A model generated the notes under the pieces. It was not told the origin of the DNA. It ran no database searches and saw nothing but the letters and a program-made list of their open reading frames with translations. Positions 49,508 through 59,312 of a stretch of DNA of 64,000 nt are shown here, one piece after another. The stretch lies in the NCBI GenBank assembly GCA_944391065.1, contig CALXSH010000001.1, positions 27,725 through 91,724 on the forward strand, given 5' to 3'. The DNA is from an uncultured Kiritimatiellota bacterium (GTDB lineage: Bacteria; Verrucomicrobiota; Kiritimatiellia; RFP12; DVOR01). A program made the position numbers and the translations under genes. Positions within the stretch are counted from its first letter, which is position 1; each line of letters starts with the position of its first letter.

Positions 49508-51412
49508 TTACTTGTTCATCTTGAAGTCGGCATCGACGACGTTGTCGTCATCCTTGCGGGAGGAGGAGCCGGCATCGGCACCCGGGGCCGCGCCTGCACC
49601 GGCGGTGGCGCCTTCGGCGCCCGGCTGCTGGTACATGGCCGCACCCGCGGTCTGCAGGATTTGCATGAGCGCGTCCTGCTTGGCCTTGATGGCGGCAGTG
49701 TCGGTCCCCTTCAGGGCCTCCTGAAGATCCTTGATGGCGCCCTCGATCTTGGTCTTGGTGTCGGCGGGGATCTTGTCCCCGTTGTCCTTGACCATCTTCT
49801 CGGCCTGGTAGGCCATCTGCTCGGCCTGGTTGCGGGTCTCAACGGAAGCCTTGCGTTCCTCGTCCTCCTTCGCATACCGCTCGGCGTCGGCGCGCATCTT
49901 CTCGATTTCCTCCTTGGAGAGGCCGGAGGAAGCGGTGATGGTGATCTTCTGCTCCTTGCCGGTACCCTTGTCCTTGGCGGTAACGTTGAGGATGCCGTTC
50001 GGGTCGATGTCAAAGGTCACCTCGATCTGCGGTACGCCGCGCGGAGCCGGCGGAATGCCTTCCAGGTTGAAGCGGCCGAGGAGTTTGTTGTCGGCAGCCA
50101 TCTTGCGCTCGCCCTGGTAGATCTTGATCTCGACGCCGGGCTGATTGTCCACGGCGGTGGAGAAGGTCTCGGACTTCTTGCAGGGGATCGTCGTGTTGCG
50201 CTCGATGAGCGGGGTGGCCACGCCGCCGAGGGTCTCGATGGAGAGCGTCAGGGGCGTCACGTCCAGCAGCAGGACGTCCTTCACGTCACCCTTCAGGATG
50301 CCGCCCTGAATCGCCGCACCGATGGCCACGACCTCGTCGGGATTCACGCCCTTGTGGGGCTCCTTGCCGAAGATCTCCTTGGCCTTTTCCTGCAGGCGGG
50401 GCATACGGGTCTGGCCGCCGACGAGGACGACTTCGTCCACCGTGGAGATGCCGGCATCCTCCATGCACTTGCGGCAGGGACCGACCGTGCGCTCGACGAG
50501 GCTGTCGGCGAGCTGCTCGAGCTTGGCGCGGGAGAGCTGCATGGCCAGGTGCTTCGGGCCGGTCGCATCCATCGTGATGAAGGGCAGGTTGATGTCGCTG
50601 GTCTGCGCGCTCGAGAGCTCGATCTTCGCCTTTTCGGCGGCTTCCTTGACGCGCTGAATGGCCTGCGTGTCGGCGGAGAGGTCGATGCCGGTCTGGGCCT
50701 TGAACTCGTTGAACATCCAGGTCATGACCGCCTGGTCGACGTCATCGCCGCCCAGCTGCGTGTCGCCGTTCGTGGCCTTCACCTCGAAGACGCCGTCGCC
50801 GATGTCCAGCACGGAGATATCGAACGTACCGCCGCCGAAGTCGTAAACCGCAATCTTCTCGTCTTTCTTCTTGTCCAGCCCGTACGCCAGCGAAGCGGCG
50901 GTCGGCTCGTTGATGATGCGCAGGACCTCAAGACCGGCGATCTTGCCGGCGTCCTTGGTGGCCTGACGCTGCGAATCGTTGAAGTAGGCCGGCACCGTGA
51001 TGATGGCCTGCGTGATGGGCTCGCCCAGACGCGCCTCGGCATCGGCTTTCAGCTTGGCCAGAATCATGGCCGAAATCTCGGGCGGGGAAAAGGTCTTGTC
51101 CCCGACCTTGATGGCCGCGTCGCCGTTGGCCGCGCGGACCACCTCGTACGGCACCATGGAGATTTCCTTCTGCATCTCATCGAACTTGCGCCCCATGAAA
51201 CGCTTCACGGAATAGATGGTGCCCTTGGGGTTCATCACGGCCTGACGCTTTGCCGGCAGACCGACCAGACGCTCCCCGTTCGCCGTGAAGGCCACCACCG
51301 ACGGCGTCGTGCGCTGCCCTTCGGCATTTTCCAGCACGTGCGCCTCGGTACCTTCCATAACGGCCATGCACGAATTCGTCGTGCCCAAATCGATACCCAG
51401 AATCTTGCTCAT
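49508..51412 (-). CDS. dnaK: Molecular chaperone DnaK (Hsp70)
   Basis: 634 aa from the ATG at 51412 ([15 protein letters not shown]; AAAGGAA RBS); the track ORF extends to 51565 through non-coding leader. Confidence 0.95.
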   Translation of the reverse strand: MSKILGIDLGTTNSCMAVMEGTEAHVLENAEGQRTTPSVVAFTANGERLVGLPAKRQAVMNPKGTIYSVKRFMGRKFDEMQKEISMVPYEVVRAANGDAAIKVGDKTFSPPEISAMILAKLKADAEARLGEPITQAIITVPAYFNDSQRQATKDAGKIAGLEVLRIINEPTAASLAYGLDKKKDEKIAVYDFGGGTFDISVLDIGDGVFEVKATNGDTQLGGDDVDQAVMTWMFNEFKAQTGIDLSADTQAIQRVKEAAEKAKIELSSAQTSDINLPFITMDATGPKHLAMQLSRAKLEQLADSLVERTVGPCRKCMEDAGISTVDEVVLVGGQTRMPRLQEKAKEIFGKEPHKGVNPDEVVAIGAAIQGGILKGDVKDVLLLDVTPLTLSIETLGGVATPLIERNTTIPCKKSETFSTAVDNQPGVEIKIYQGERKMAADNKLLGRFNLEGIPPAPRGVPQIEVTFDIDPNGILNVTAKDKGTGKEQKITITASSGLSKEEIEKMRADAERYAKEDEERKASVETRNQAEQMAYQAEKMVKDNGDKIPADTKTKIEGAIKDLQEALKGTDTAAIKAKQDALMQILQTAGAAMYQQPGAEGATAGAGAAPGADAGSSSRKDDDNVVDADFKMNK

Positions 51413-51601
51413 AAGTGTGTTCCTTTCTTCGCGGACCATCCGCTCCGGCGGACTATCCGCACGTTTGACTGTTCTAATGCAAACGCCGTGCCAAATGTGC
51501 AGTGCCGTCGGGAACGGTGCGTTCCGGCCTTGTTCTTTGGCAGACTTTGTCACAGAGTGTGCCAAGGCACGCCGTCGGGTGTGTCACGGTGGCACGTCAC
51601 G

Positions 51602-51640
51602 AAAACGGGGAGACGGCTCGGCCGCCTCCCCGTTTTGGGC
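51602..51640 (-). terminator. Hairpin terminator between the MFS gene and dnaK
   Basis: AAAACGGGGAG-(13 nt)-CTCCCCGTTTT palindrome with T-rich flanks on both strands. Confidence 0.45.
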
Positions 51641-51658
51641 TTTGTGTCAGAATGTGAC

Positions 51659-53581
51659 TCAGGAGAGTTTCTTCTTGCCTTCGAAGTAAGCCTCGATCTC
51701 TTCAAGCGTGCGGCCCTTGGTCTCGGGCAGGAAGAAGACCGCGGTAATCCAGTAGATCACGGTGCAGCCCGCGCAGAAGAAGAAGATCGTGGAGTAACCC
51801 CAGTGGGCGACAACGCTAAGGAAGGCGCCGGCGATCACGGTGGAAACACCCTGGTTGATCAGCAGGGCGATCGACATGCCCATCGAGCGGATGCGGTTGG
51901 GCATGAGCTCGGAGAGCGCCAGCCAGACGCAGACGCCCGGGCCGATGGCATAGGTCGAGATGAAGATTGCGAAGAAGATCGTCACCAGCCAACCGTTGCC
52001 GGAGGAGGGCACCGGACCGACCGAGATGCTCTTCAGCTCAAAGAGCGGAGCGCCCTCGGCTTCCTTAGGAGCGGCCGGTGCGGCAGCCTCAGAGGCCTTG
52101 AGTTCGACGGGCTCGGACTCAACCTTTTTCGTGAAGGTGAGCTCGGAGCGCCAAGTCTCCATCTGCCGTTCCCACGCCTTCACCTCCTCTGCGGAAGCCG
52201 TTGCGGCGGGCTTCTCGGGAGCCGGGTGGACGACGATGTACTTGAAGTTGATGTCGCCGTTCTCGGTGAAGACAATCTTGACCTGGGTCGGCTCAAACGT
52301 CGTGGCCCCAGTCAGCTTCATAATCGTCTCGGGCGTGAATTCGGCGTGGACGTCGGCAATATGGTGAACCATCGTCGTCTCACTGGTCACGGTCTTCGAC
52401 TCACCGGTTTTGTCGTTGACGGTGGTGACGGTGGGATTGGGACTCTTGCTGTAGACGGTGTAGGTGTCGATATAGTCCGCCGGATTGAAGGCGACGGAAT
52501 CCATCTTACGCTCGGAATTGAGGAAGAGGAAAGCCACGCCCAGCAGACCGAGGATGATGCCCGAAGTGCCGATCGTCAGCAACGCCTTGCGGCCCAGACG
52601 GTCGACAAGGAACATCGCCACCAGCGTCATCACCATGTTGAGCAGCTTGACGATCAGATCGCCGCTGTTGGCCAGCGCGCCCTCAAGGCCGGCCTGCTTC
52701 AGCACGTCGACGATGTACGCCAGCACGGAGTTGATGCCCGTCGCCTGGTTGCACGCCAGAATGACCACGGCCAGCACGAACGGCACGATGTACTTCTTCT
52801 GGAGGAGCGAGTCCTTCGGCTTGTCGGCAACAACCTTTTCGGCGTCGGCCTCGGCCTTGTCGGCCGTGCCCATTTCGTCGAATTCGGTTTTCGCCGCCTC
52901 AGGCCCGCGCGAACGGGTAAGGGCTGCCAGCGCCGCCCCGAATTTCTTGCGGCGGTAGAGCCAACGGGGAGAATCGGAAATCGCCAGCGCGCCGACCGAG
53001 AAGACCAGCCCCGGCACCGCGCAGGCCCAGAAGATCGCTCGCCAAGCGAATTCTTTGGCTGCGAAGACGTCGGCGGCGGTACCCGTCTCGGCAACCGTCT
53101 CCACGTGACTGGCGAAGCAGATGCCCACGACAGCCGCGAAGACGAGGCCGACTGTCAGCATGAACTGGAACATACCGGTGCCGAAGCCGCGCTTGTCGGC
53201 CGGCAGGCACTCCGCCAAGTAGAGCGGCACGACCACGCCGATGAAGCCGGCGGCGGCGCCCTGCAGGATGCGACCTGCCACGAGCCACTCAAAGCCCGTC
53301 GGGATACAGATCACCGGAACGCTCAGCACGAAGCAGACGCCAGAGACGATCATCATCCATTTGCGGCCGAAAATATCCGCCAGCGTACCGGCAAAGAGCG
53401 AGGAAAGCACCGAGCCGAGCAGCACGGCAGCCACGACGAAGGAGAGCTGGGCGGCCGTGTACGGGGTCGTGGCCTGGAGGTACGGCAGCGCACCCGCGAT
53501 GACGCCGACGTCGATACCGTAGAGCAGGCCGCCGAGACCGGCGATGAAGAGTAGATACTTATTGTAAAAAGCAGTGGTCAT
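51659..53581 (-). CDS. MFS sugar-porter family transporter with a large (about 170-aa) extra-membrane insertion
   Basis: Sugar-porter motifs (GRK, PESPRWL, PETKG) and 12 TM segments; start at the ATG at 53581 (MTTAFYNKYLLF); insertion between TM helices rich in Thr/Pro/Glu. Confidence 0.8.
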   Translation of the reverse strand: MTTAFYNKYLLFIAGLGGLLYGIDVGVIAGALPYLQATTPYTAAQLSFVVAAVLLGSVLSSLFAGTLADIFGRKWMMIVSGVCFVLSVPVICIPTGFEWLVAGRILQGAAAGFIGVVVPLYLAECLPADKRGFGTGMFQFMLTVGLVFAAVVGICFASHVETVAETGTAADVFAAKEFAWRAIFWACAVPGLVFSVGALAISDSPRWLYRRKKFGAALAALTRSRGPEAAKTEFDEMGTADKAEADAEKVVADKPKDSLLQKKYIVPFVLAVVILACNQATGINSVLAYIVDVLKQAGLEGALANSGDLIVKLLNMVMTLVAMFLVDRLGRKALLTIGTSGIILGLLGVAFLFLNSERKMDSVAFNPADYIDTYTVYSKSPNPTVTTVNDKTGESKTVTSETTMVHHIADVHAEFTPETIMKLTGATTFEPTQVKIVFTENGDINFKYIVVHPAPEKPAATASAEEVKAWERQMETWRSELTFTKKVESEPVELKASEAAAPAAPKEAEGAPLFELKSISVGPVPSSGNGWLVTIFFAIFISTYAIGPGVCVWLALSELMPNRIRSMGMSIALLINQGVSTVIAGAFLSVVAHWGYSTIFFFCAGCTVIYWITAVFFLPETKGRTLEEIEAYFEGKKKLS

Positions 53582-53659
53582 GTCTGGCCCCTTTTTCTGT
53601 CTGATGCGATAGCACAATGGCCTGCGCGCCGGGGGATCCCCCGGCGCGCAGGACGGACA

Positions 53660-55081
53660 TCAGCACTCGGGGAGCGAGGCGGCGGCCGCGGACTGGCCGA
53701 GGCGGCGGACCTGCTCATCCGGCATGAAGATGTCGATGTTGTAGGTCGGGAATTCCTCCTTCAGCACCTTCTTGGCGGTGGTGAGGATGAGGTCGCCGCC
53801 CTTGCCCGAGGAGACGCGCCCCAGGAGCATAAGGGAGGTGTAGTCGTAGAATTCGGCGTACCAGGGCAGCGTGTAGCCGAGGTAGATGCCGATGGCCTCG
53901 TAGATCTGCACGGCGACGGGGTCGTCGGCTTCCATGGCCTTCTGGACCTCCTTCAGGCGCAGCGGAAGGGTCTCTTCCTTGAAGGGGAAGCCGGCCGCGA
54001 GGCCGAGCTTGTTGACCGCCTGCTGGGAGAAGTAGAGCGCACCGACGCCGATATCGCCCGACCACGGATCCTTCGCGGCGTCCTTATTCAGGTCGACCGG
54101 GGCAAAGGCGAGTTCGGAAATGCGGCCGGTGAGCACGCCCTTCTCGGAGTTGTCGATGTAGCCGACGGCTTCGGAGGTGCCCATGGCCAGGCCGATGATG
54201 CCCTTCTTGTCGAGGGCCAGACGGCCGACAAGCGCCGAGACGTCACCGTCGTTGGCCACTTCCATCGGCACGCCGTAGTCGGCCTTGAGGCGCTTGAAGA
54301 GGAGCTGAGCCTTGCGGTAGTCCTCTTCGCCCTTGATGCCCTTGATGAGACCGGCAAAGCGGAGCTCATTGTCCACGATCACGCCGGCAGAGGAGCCGCC
54401 GATGGCGTCAACCTTGTTGCCCGGCAGGTGGGAGATGGTCTCTTCAAAACCGGCCTTGATGTGGTCGTAGTGGTAGTTGGGATCGGTCGCATTGTAGGGA
54501 TCCCACGGCACTTCCTTCTGCCAGACGCTCTCGCCGTTGACCATCGCGGTCAGCTTGAAGTCGGAGCCGCCCAAGTCGAACCCGATGCGGTTGCCGTTCA
54601 TGTTGCCGCCCAGCGAGATGGAGAGATCATGGCCGGCGGGGATATCCTTGGCCGGGGTCGGAACGATCTCGAGGGGGCGGCCGTAGACCTTCTGGAAGAA
54701 GTCGCAGTCAAAGTCACGGGCGCCGCCGGGCTGATAATCGGCGACGATCTTGGCCGTGACGTTGGCCGGGGCGTCAATCATGACCTTGTAACCGCCTGCG
54801 GACCAGAGCATGAACTTGACGATGCGCTCGACGAAGCAGGCAAAGCCGTCGCACTCAAGAGCCGACTTGGGGTAGGGGAGGTCGTAACGGTTGACGGCGC
54901 CGTTGTCGCGTTCGATGGCGATGACGACGGTCCCGGCCGGATCCTTGGCCGCGGCCTCACGGAGGGCGCGAAGCTTCAGGAAGGCCGGCTTGAAGCCGGG
55001 ATCAAAGGGCGGAACAAACTTGACGGAATTGCATGTGCAGGACATGGGATGTACTCCTTTGGGTTTTGTCAGAAGCGGCAT
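53660..55081 (-). CDS. ASKHA-superfamily sugar kinase (ROK/hexokinase-like) with about 160-aa N-terminal extra domain
   Basis: Phosphate-1 motif IGFDLGGSDFK and downstream GGS/G-rich ATPase motifs; start codon overlaps the upstream stop by 1 nt. Confidence 0.55.
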   Translation of the reverse strand: MPLLTKPKGVHPMSCTCNSVKFVPPFDPGFKPAFLKLRALREAAAKDPAGTVVIAIERDNGAVNRYDLPYPKSALECDGFACFVERIVKFMLWSAGGYKVMIDAPANVTAKIVADYQPGGARDFDCDFFQKVYGRPLEIVPTPAKDIPAGHDLSISLGGNMNGNRIGFDLGGSDFKLTAMVNGESVWQKEVPWDPYNATDPNYHYDHIKAGFEETISHLPGNKVDAIGGSSAGVIVDNELRFAGLIKGIKGEEDYRKAQLLFKRLKADYGVPMEVANDGDVSALVGRLALDKKGIIGLAMGTSEAVGYIDNSEKGVLTGRISELAFAPVDLNKDAAKDPWSGDIGVGALYFSQQAVNKLGLAAGFPFKEETLPLRLKEVQKAMEADDPVAVQIYEAIGIYLGYTLPWYAEFYDYTSLMLLGRVSSGKGGDLILTTAKKVLKEEFPTYNIDIFMPDEQVRRLGQSAAAASLPEC

Positions 55082-56550
55082 CAGACGCTCAGCTGCTTGC
55101 CGGCCTTGGCATTTTCGTCGATGTCGAGCTTCACCGTCTCAATGCCGAGCGGCTTGATCTCGTCCTTCCAGGCACCGCGGGTGAAGTCCGGGACGATGAC
55201 GGGGGCGCCGTCATTGGCGTTCGAGACCTCGGTGAGCTCGGCCAGAACGGACCACTGGCAGGACTCGTAGACGTTGATGTCGAGCGGGAGGCCGTTCTGC
55301 AGGCAGTAGCAGAGGCGCAGGTCCATCAGGAAGTCCATGCCGCCGTGACCGCCGAGCTTCTTGGCGATTTCGCCGCTGTCGCGCCACAGGGGGTGACGGT
55401 ACTTGGCGATGAGCTCGGACATCTGGGCCGGCGAAGCCCAGCCGAGGTGGGGCGCCTGGTAATCCTGGTCGAGGGCAATCTGCAGGGGATAGTCCTTGAG
55501 AATGCCCTTCGTGCCGCTGATGAGGTTGATGCGGGTGTAGGGGCGCGGGCTGGTGGTGTCGTGCTGGATCATGATGGTGCGGCCGAGTTCGGTCTTGATG
55601 ACGGCCGTGGACATATCGCCCTGCTTCCAGGGGCCCAGCAGGGCATCCTTGGTGGAGAGGCCGTACTTGTCCTTGTCCGCAAAGGTCTCGGACTTGGCGG
55701 CAATCGCGTCGATGCGGGCCTGATGGTGCTTCACGTATTCGGAGAAGCCGAATTCGCCGGAGTTCAGGCAGGTCAGGACGCGCATCTGGTCGCCGCGGCC
55801 GACGTTCATGTACTGGCAGATCGGGCCCAGACCGTGGGTGGCGTAGGGGTTGCCGCCGTGGAGGGTGTTCCACTTCAGGCGCCAGAAGGCCTCGTAGGAG
55901 CCTTCCACGAAGTTCCAGCCACGCAGGTCATGGATGTAGGCGCCTTCGCCGTGGACCAGCGTGCCGAAGACGCCCTGGCGGGCCATGTTGAGGGCGAGCA
56001 TCTCGGTCTCGCCGTAGCAGCAGTTTTCGAGGAGCATGCAGTGCACGCGCTTCTCTTCGGCCAACTCGACGATCTTCCAGCAGTCCTCGACGGTGAAGAC
56101 CATCGGCACTTCGCAGGCCACGTGTTTGCCGTGCTCCATGGCGAAGAGCACCATCTCGACGTGCATCTGCCAGGGCGAGGCGACATAGACGAGATTGACT
56201 TCGGGATCCTCAACCAGCTTCTTCCACTCTTCGGTGGAACCGTAGTAGCCCTTCGGGGCGGGGTGGCCGTTGTCAGTCAGCCACTTGGACGGGCCGTCGA
56301 CGCGGGCCTGATAGATGTCGCAGAGAGCCGTCACGCGCACGCCGGGGATGGCCGCCAAGCGGTAGACCGCACCGGGACCGCGCATGCCCAGACCGATGAC
56401 GCCGACCTTGACGGTCTCCAGCGCGGGGCAGGCCAGGTTGCCGACGGTCGGATGTTTGCGCTTCGGGATGCCGGTGCAGCCCACGCTCAGGGCGGCTGCC
56501 GTCATGCCGGAGGTCTTCAGAAAGTTGCGACGGGAAGAAAGAAAGCTCAT
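55081..56550 (-). CDS. Tat-exported Gfo/Idh/MocA-family NAD-dependent oxidoreductase (GH109-like alpha-N-acetylgalactosaminidase family)
   Basis: Twin-arginine signal SRRNFLKTSGMTAAAL; Rossmann VGVIGLGMRG; length and EVP/HGG motifs resemble GH109 enzymes. Confidence 0.65.
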   Translation of the reverse strand: MSFLSSRRNFLKTSGMTAAALSVGCTGIPKRKHPTVGNLACPALETVKVGVIGLGMRGPGAVYRLAAIPGVRVTALCDIYQARVDGPSKWLTDNGHPAPKGYYGSTEEWKKLVEDPEVNLVYVASPWQMHVEMVLFAMEHGKHVACEVPMVFTVEDCWKIVELAEEKRVHCMLLENCCYGETEMLALNMARQGVFGTLVHGEGAYIHDLRGWNFVEGSYEAFWRLKWNTLHGGNPYATHGLGPICQYMNVGRGDQMRVLTCLNSGEFGFSEYVKHHQARIDAIAAKSETFADKDKYGLSTKDALLGPWKQGDMSTAVIKTELGRTIMIQHDTTSPRPYTRINLISGTKGILKDYPLQIALDQDYQAPHLGWASPAQMSELIAKYRHPLWRDSGEIAKKLGGHGGMDFLMDLRLCYCLQNGLPLDINVYESCQWSVLAELTEVSNANDGAPVIVPDFTRGAWKDEIKPLGIETVKLDIDENAKAGKQLSV

Positions 56551-56745
56551 GTGAGGCTCCTTGATTATTGATTGTTGGGGATAAATGATGTCCGACGCGG
56601 AGCGCCTTTCATCAATTTGGGAGAATGATATACCCTTGGGAGAAAAAGGTCAACCGAAAGCAGCCGAAATCGTCTTTTTGCCGACGGCTGTGCGGGATCG
56701 TTCCCGGAGACGGCCTAGCCCGACTCCGTGCGGCGAATGAGGACC

Positions 56746-57786
56746 TCAGCCGTCGGTCTCGTCACCCGGTGCGCTGGCGGCGGGACGGCGGTCGGTGGAG
56801 GAGTTCAGCAGCTTGTCGTCGAGCACCGCGTGCAGGACGTCCTCTTGCGAGACGATGCCGATGGGCTCCTCACCGTCGCGCACGATCAGGATTTTGGTGG
56901 CCCGTACGCGCATATAAGGCAGCAGATCGTCGGCCGGTGTATCCCGCAGCACGAAGACCGGCGGCCGGCGCAGGTCGAAGGGAATCGGATTGGCCGTCCG
57001 GCTCCGCAGCAGGTCAAAGAGGTGCACGACGCCCAGGCAGCGTTTGCCGTCATCGCTGAACATCGGCAGGATGCGATGATGCGTCTGCCGGAAGACCCGC
57101 AGCACCGTCGCCAGATTGTCGCTTTCATAGACGCGGTCGACGCGGGCCAGCGGCGTCATGATCTGCGAGGCTTTGCGGATCTGCAGGTCCAGCACGCGCT
57201 TGATCATCAGCCGTTCAAAGGCCGAAATCTGCCCCTGAGCCTCCGAATCGCGCGACAGGAAATCGATTGTTTCGCGCGAGACGAAGGGGGATTTGTCCTT
57301 TGTGCGCGGGGCCACCAGGCGGGTGATGAACATGCACAGCGAAGCCAGCGGATAGAGCACCGTCCGCAGCACGAGAAAAATCCAGAGCACCCGTCCCGTC
57401 CGCTCGATCGGGCGTGACGAGAACCAGAGCTTCGGCAGGTATTCGCCCACGATCAGCATCATGACCGCGATGGCCAGCGTCGCGGCCCCCATCATCAGGT
57501 CACGGTCGTACACGAAGCAGTCCGCGATCCAATACGCGATGGCCGAGGAGATTGTCGAGAGCGAGACGTTGCAGATGTTGTTGCCCACCAGCGTCGTCGC
57601 CAGCAGACGGTGTGGGTCGCGCAGGATTGCGGCCAGCTTTCGGGCTTTCCTGTCGCCGTGGCGCATCCGGTGAACCAGTCGGTGGCGGTTGACCGAGACG
57701 ATGCCGCTCTCGAAGCCCGAGAAAAACCAGCTCCCCAGGAAAAAGATCAGCAGCAGGCCGAGCTGTTCAAGCAGCAGCATATTCAT
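56746..57786 (-). CDS. CNNM/CorB-like membrane protein (DUF21 + CBS pair, lacking CorC_HlyC domain)
   Basis: 346 aa from the ATG at 57786 (ATGA overlap with the upstream gene); 4 TM DUF21 region then a tandem CBS pair. Confidence 0.7.
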   Translation of the reverse strand: MNMLLLEQLGLLLIFFLGSWFFSGFESGIVSVNRHRLVHRMRHGDRKARKLAAILRDPHRLLATTLVGNNICNVSLSTISSAIAYWIADCFVYDRDLMMGAATLAIAVMMLIVGEYLPKLWFSSRPIERTGRVLWIFLVLRTVLYPLASLCMFITRLVAPRTKDKSPFVSRETIDFLSRDSEAQGQISAFERLMIKRVLDLQIRKASQIMTPLARVDRVYESDNLATVLRVFRQTHHRILPMFSDDGKRCLGVVHLFDLLRSRTANPIPFDLRRPPVFVLRDTPADDLLPYMRVRATKILIVRDGEEPIGIVSQEDVLHAVLDDKLLNSSTDRRPAASAPGDETDG

Positions 57787-59114
57787 CGGGAGCCCTCCTC
57801 GTCGGCATAGTCGTCCTGCGTGTCGGCATCCTCCGTCAGCGGCAGCTCTGTCTCGCGCGATTCCGGGTCGCGGTCCTCCAGCATGACCGAAATGATCTTG
57901 CGGCGGCGCATCTTCTGAACCGTCACGCGGTAACCGTCGGCCTCGACTGTTTCGTCCACGCGCGGGATATGGCCGCAGTGGAAGGTCACCCATCCGCTCA
58001 TGCGGTCGGCGTCGTCGGCCTCCAGGTGGGTCCCCAGCTGAAAATTGATCTGCTCAAGAGCCGCATCGCCGGCCACGATCCAGCAGTTCGGGCCCTGCAT
58101 CCGGATGTCCGGTGCCTCGGGCTGCGTATTGTCGTCGGTCTCCAGCGAGAGCAGTTCGAGGATGTCCCCGCGCGAGACGATGCCCGCCGTGCCGCCGTAT
58201 TCGTCGGTCACCACGACCATCGGCAGATGCTGCCGGTAGAGCAGGATCAGCAGATCGTCCAAGCAGATATTCTCCGGTACCGCCGTCGTGCACCGGCAGC
58301 GGGCCGCCTCCAGACTGTGGTCGGGGTCGAGCAGGTAGCGCTGCACATCCACGAAGTCGATGAAATTGTCCGCCGAATCGTTCCACAGCGGCATCCACAC
58401 GAAGGGCGAGCGCCGCATCTGCGACTCATGGATCGCCGGCGGATCGTTGACGTCCAGACCGATCAGATCCACGCGCGGGGTCATCACGTCGGAGGCGTTG
58501 AGCTCGCTCAGGCGCAGAATGCCGCTGACCATGGCGCTCTCCTCGGTGTCGATGGCGCCCCGCTCCGCTCCCAGATTCACCACGCTCATCAGCTCCTCGT
58601 CGGAAACGGACCGCCGCTCCGGCGTCAGGGACTTGCGGAAAGGCTTCAGCAGTTTGCGCAGACACCACGTCAGCGGATAGAGAACCGGAATGATTGCCAC
58701 GAGGACCCGCGTCATCATCGGCATCAGCGCCTCGGCGTGACGGATCGCATACTGCTTCGGGCTGATTTCGCCGAAAAGCAGCACCAGCCCCGTCACCGCC
58801 ACGATCGACGTCACCTCGACATAGGCCGTCGGAATCCACTCCGCCTCGCCGCACTGCGACACGAAGGCGAACCCCACCGCCGCCAGCGCCGCGTTCACGA
58901 AGGTATTGCCGATCAGCAGCGTCGAGAGCAGCACCTCCGGGTTCGCCAGCATCCTGGCGATGCGCCGACCCAGTGCTGGGCGCTTCTCGCCGATGCGCTG
59001 AATCTGCATCGGAGAAAGCGAAAGATAGGCGGTTTCACAGCCCGAAAAGAAGGCCGACAGGGCCAACAGAATAACGAACGCGAGAACGAAGAAAAGCAGC
59101 GTAAAAGTTGCCAT
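57783..59114 (-). CDS. corC: CNNM/CorC-HlyC family Mg2+/Co2+ transport-associated protein (DUF21 + CBS pair + CorC_HlyC)
   Basis: 443 aa; DUF21 TM region, CBS pair and C-terminal transporter-associated domain; acidic tail. Confidence 0.75.
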   Translation of the reverse strand: MATFTLLFFVLAFVILLALSAFFSGCETAYLSLSPMQIQRIGEKRPALGRRIARMLANPEVLLSTLLIGNTFVNAALAAVGFAFVSQCGEAEWIPTAYVEVTSIVAVTGLVLLFGEISPKQYAIRHAEALMPMMTRVLVAIIPVLYPLTWCLRKLLKPFRKSLTPERRSVSDEELMSVVNLGAERGAIDTEESAMVSGILRLSELNASDVMTPRVDLIGLDVNDPPAIHESQMRRSPFVWMPLWNDSADNFIDFVDVQRYLLDPDHSLEAARCRCTTAVPENICLDDLLILLYRQHLPMVVVTDEYGGTAGIVSRGDILELLSLETDDNTQPEAPDIRMQGPNCWIVAGDAALEQINFQLGTHLEADDADRMSGWVTFHCGHIPRVDETVEADGYRVTVQKMRRRKIISVMLEDRDPESRETELPLTEDADTQDDYADEEGSR

Positions 59115-59255
59115 ATATCCTTACTGGATGGTGAAAACCGTCTCCATCATAGCAAACCGCCCTTTCGCTCCGCAAGGAGCGTCCCGTTTCCGCCGGCTGT
59201 CGGCGTCTCCAATCGGCACCCGCGCGCCTCCGCCTTGCGGTTCCTCCCCGCGGGC

Positions 59256-59292
59256 AAGAAAAAGCGGGGCGGCCTGAGCCGTCCCGCTTTTC
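59256..59292 (-). terminator. Rho-independent terminator downstream of the nucleotidyltransferase gene
   Basis: On the minus strand AAGCGGGACGGC-tcag-GCCGCCCCGCTT followed by TTTCTT. Confidence 0.6.
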
Positions 59293-59312
59293 GGATCGGA
59301 AGCCGAAGAGGC

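Noticed and set aside
49253-53554. 1433-aa + strand ORF spanning groES, dnaK and the MFS gene
   Set aside because: Runs antisense through three highly conserved genes (groES, dnaK, MFS); an open frame kept by GC3 bias on the opposite strand; low-complexity translation
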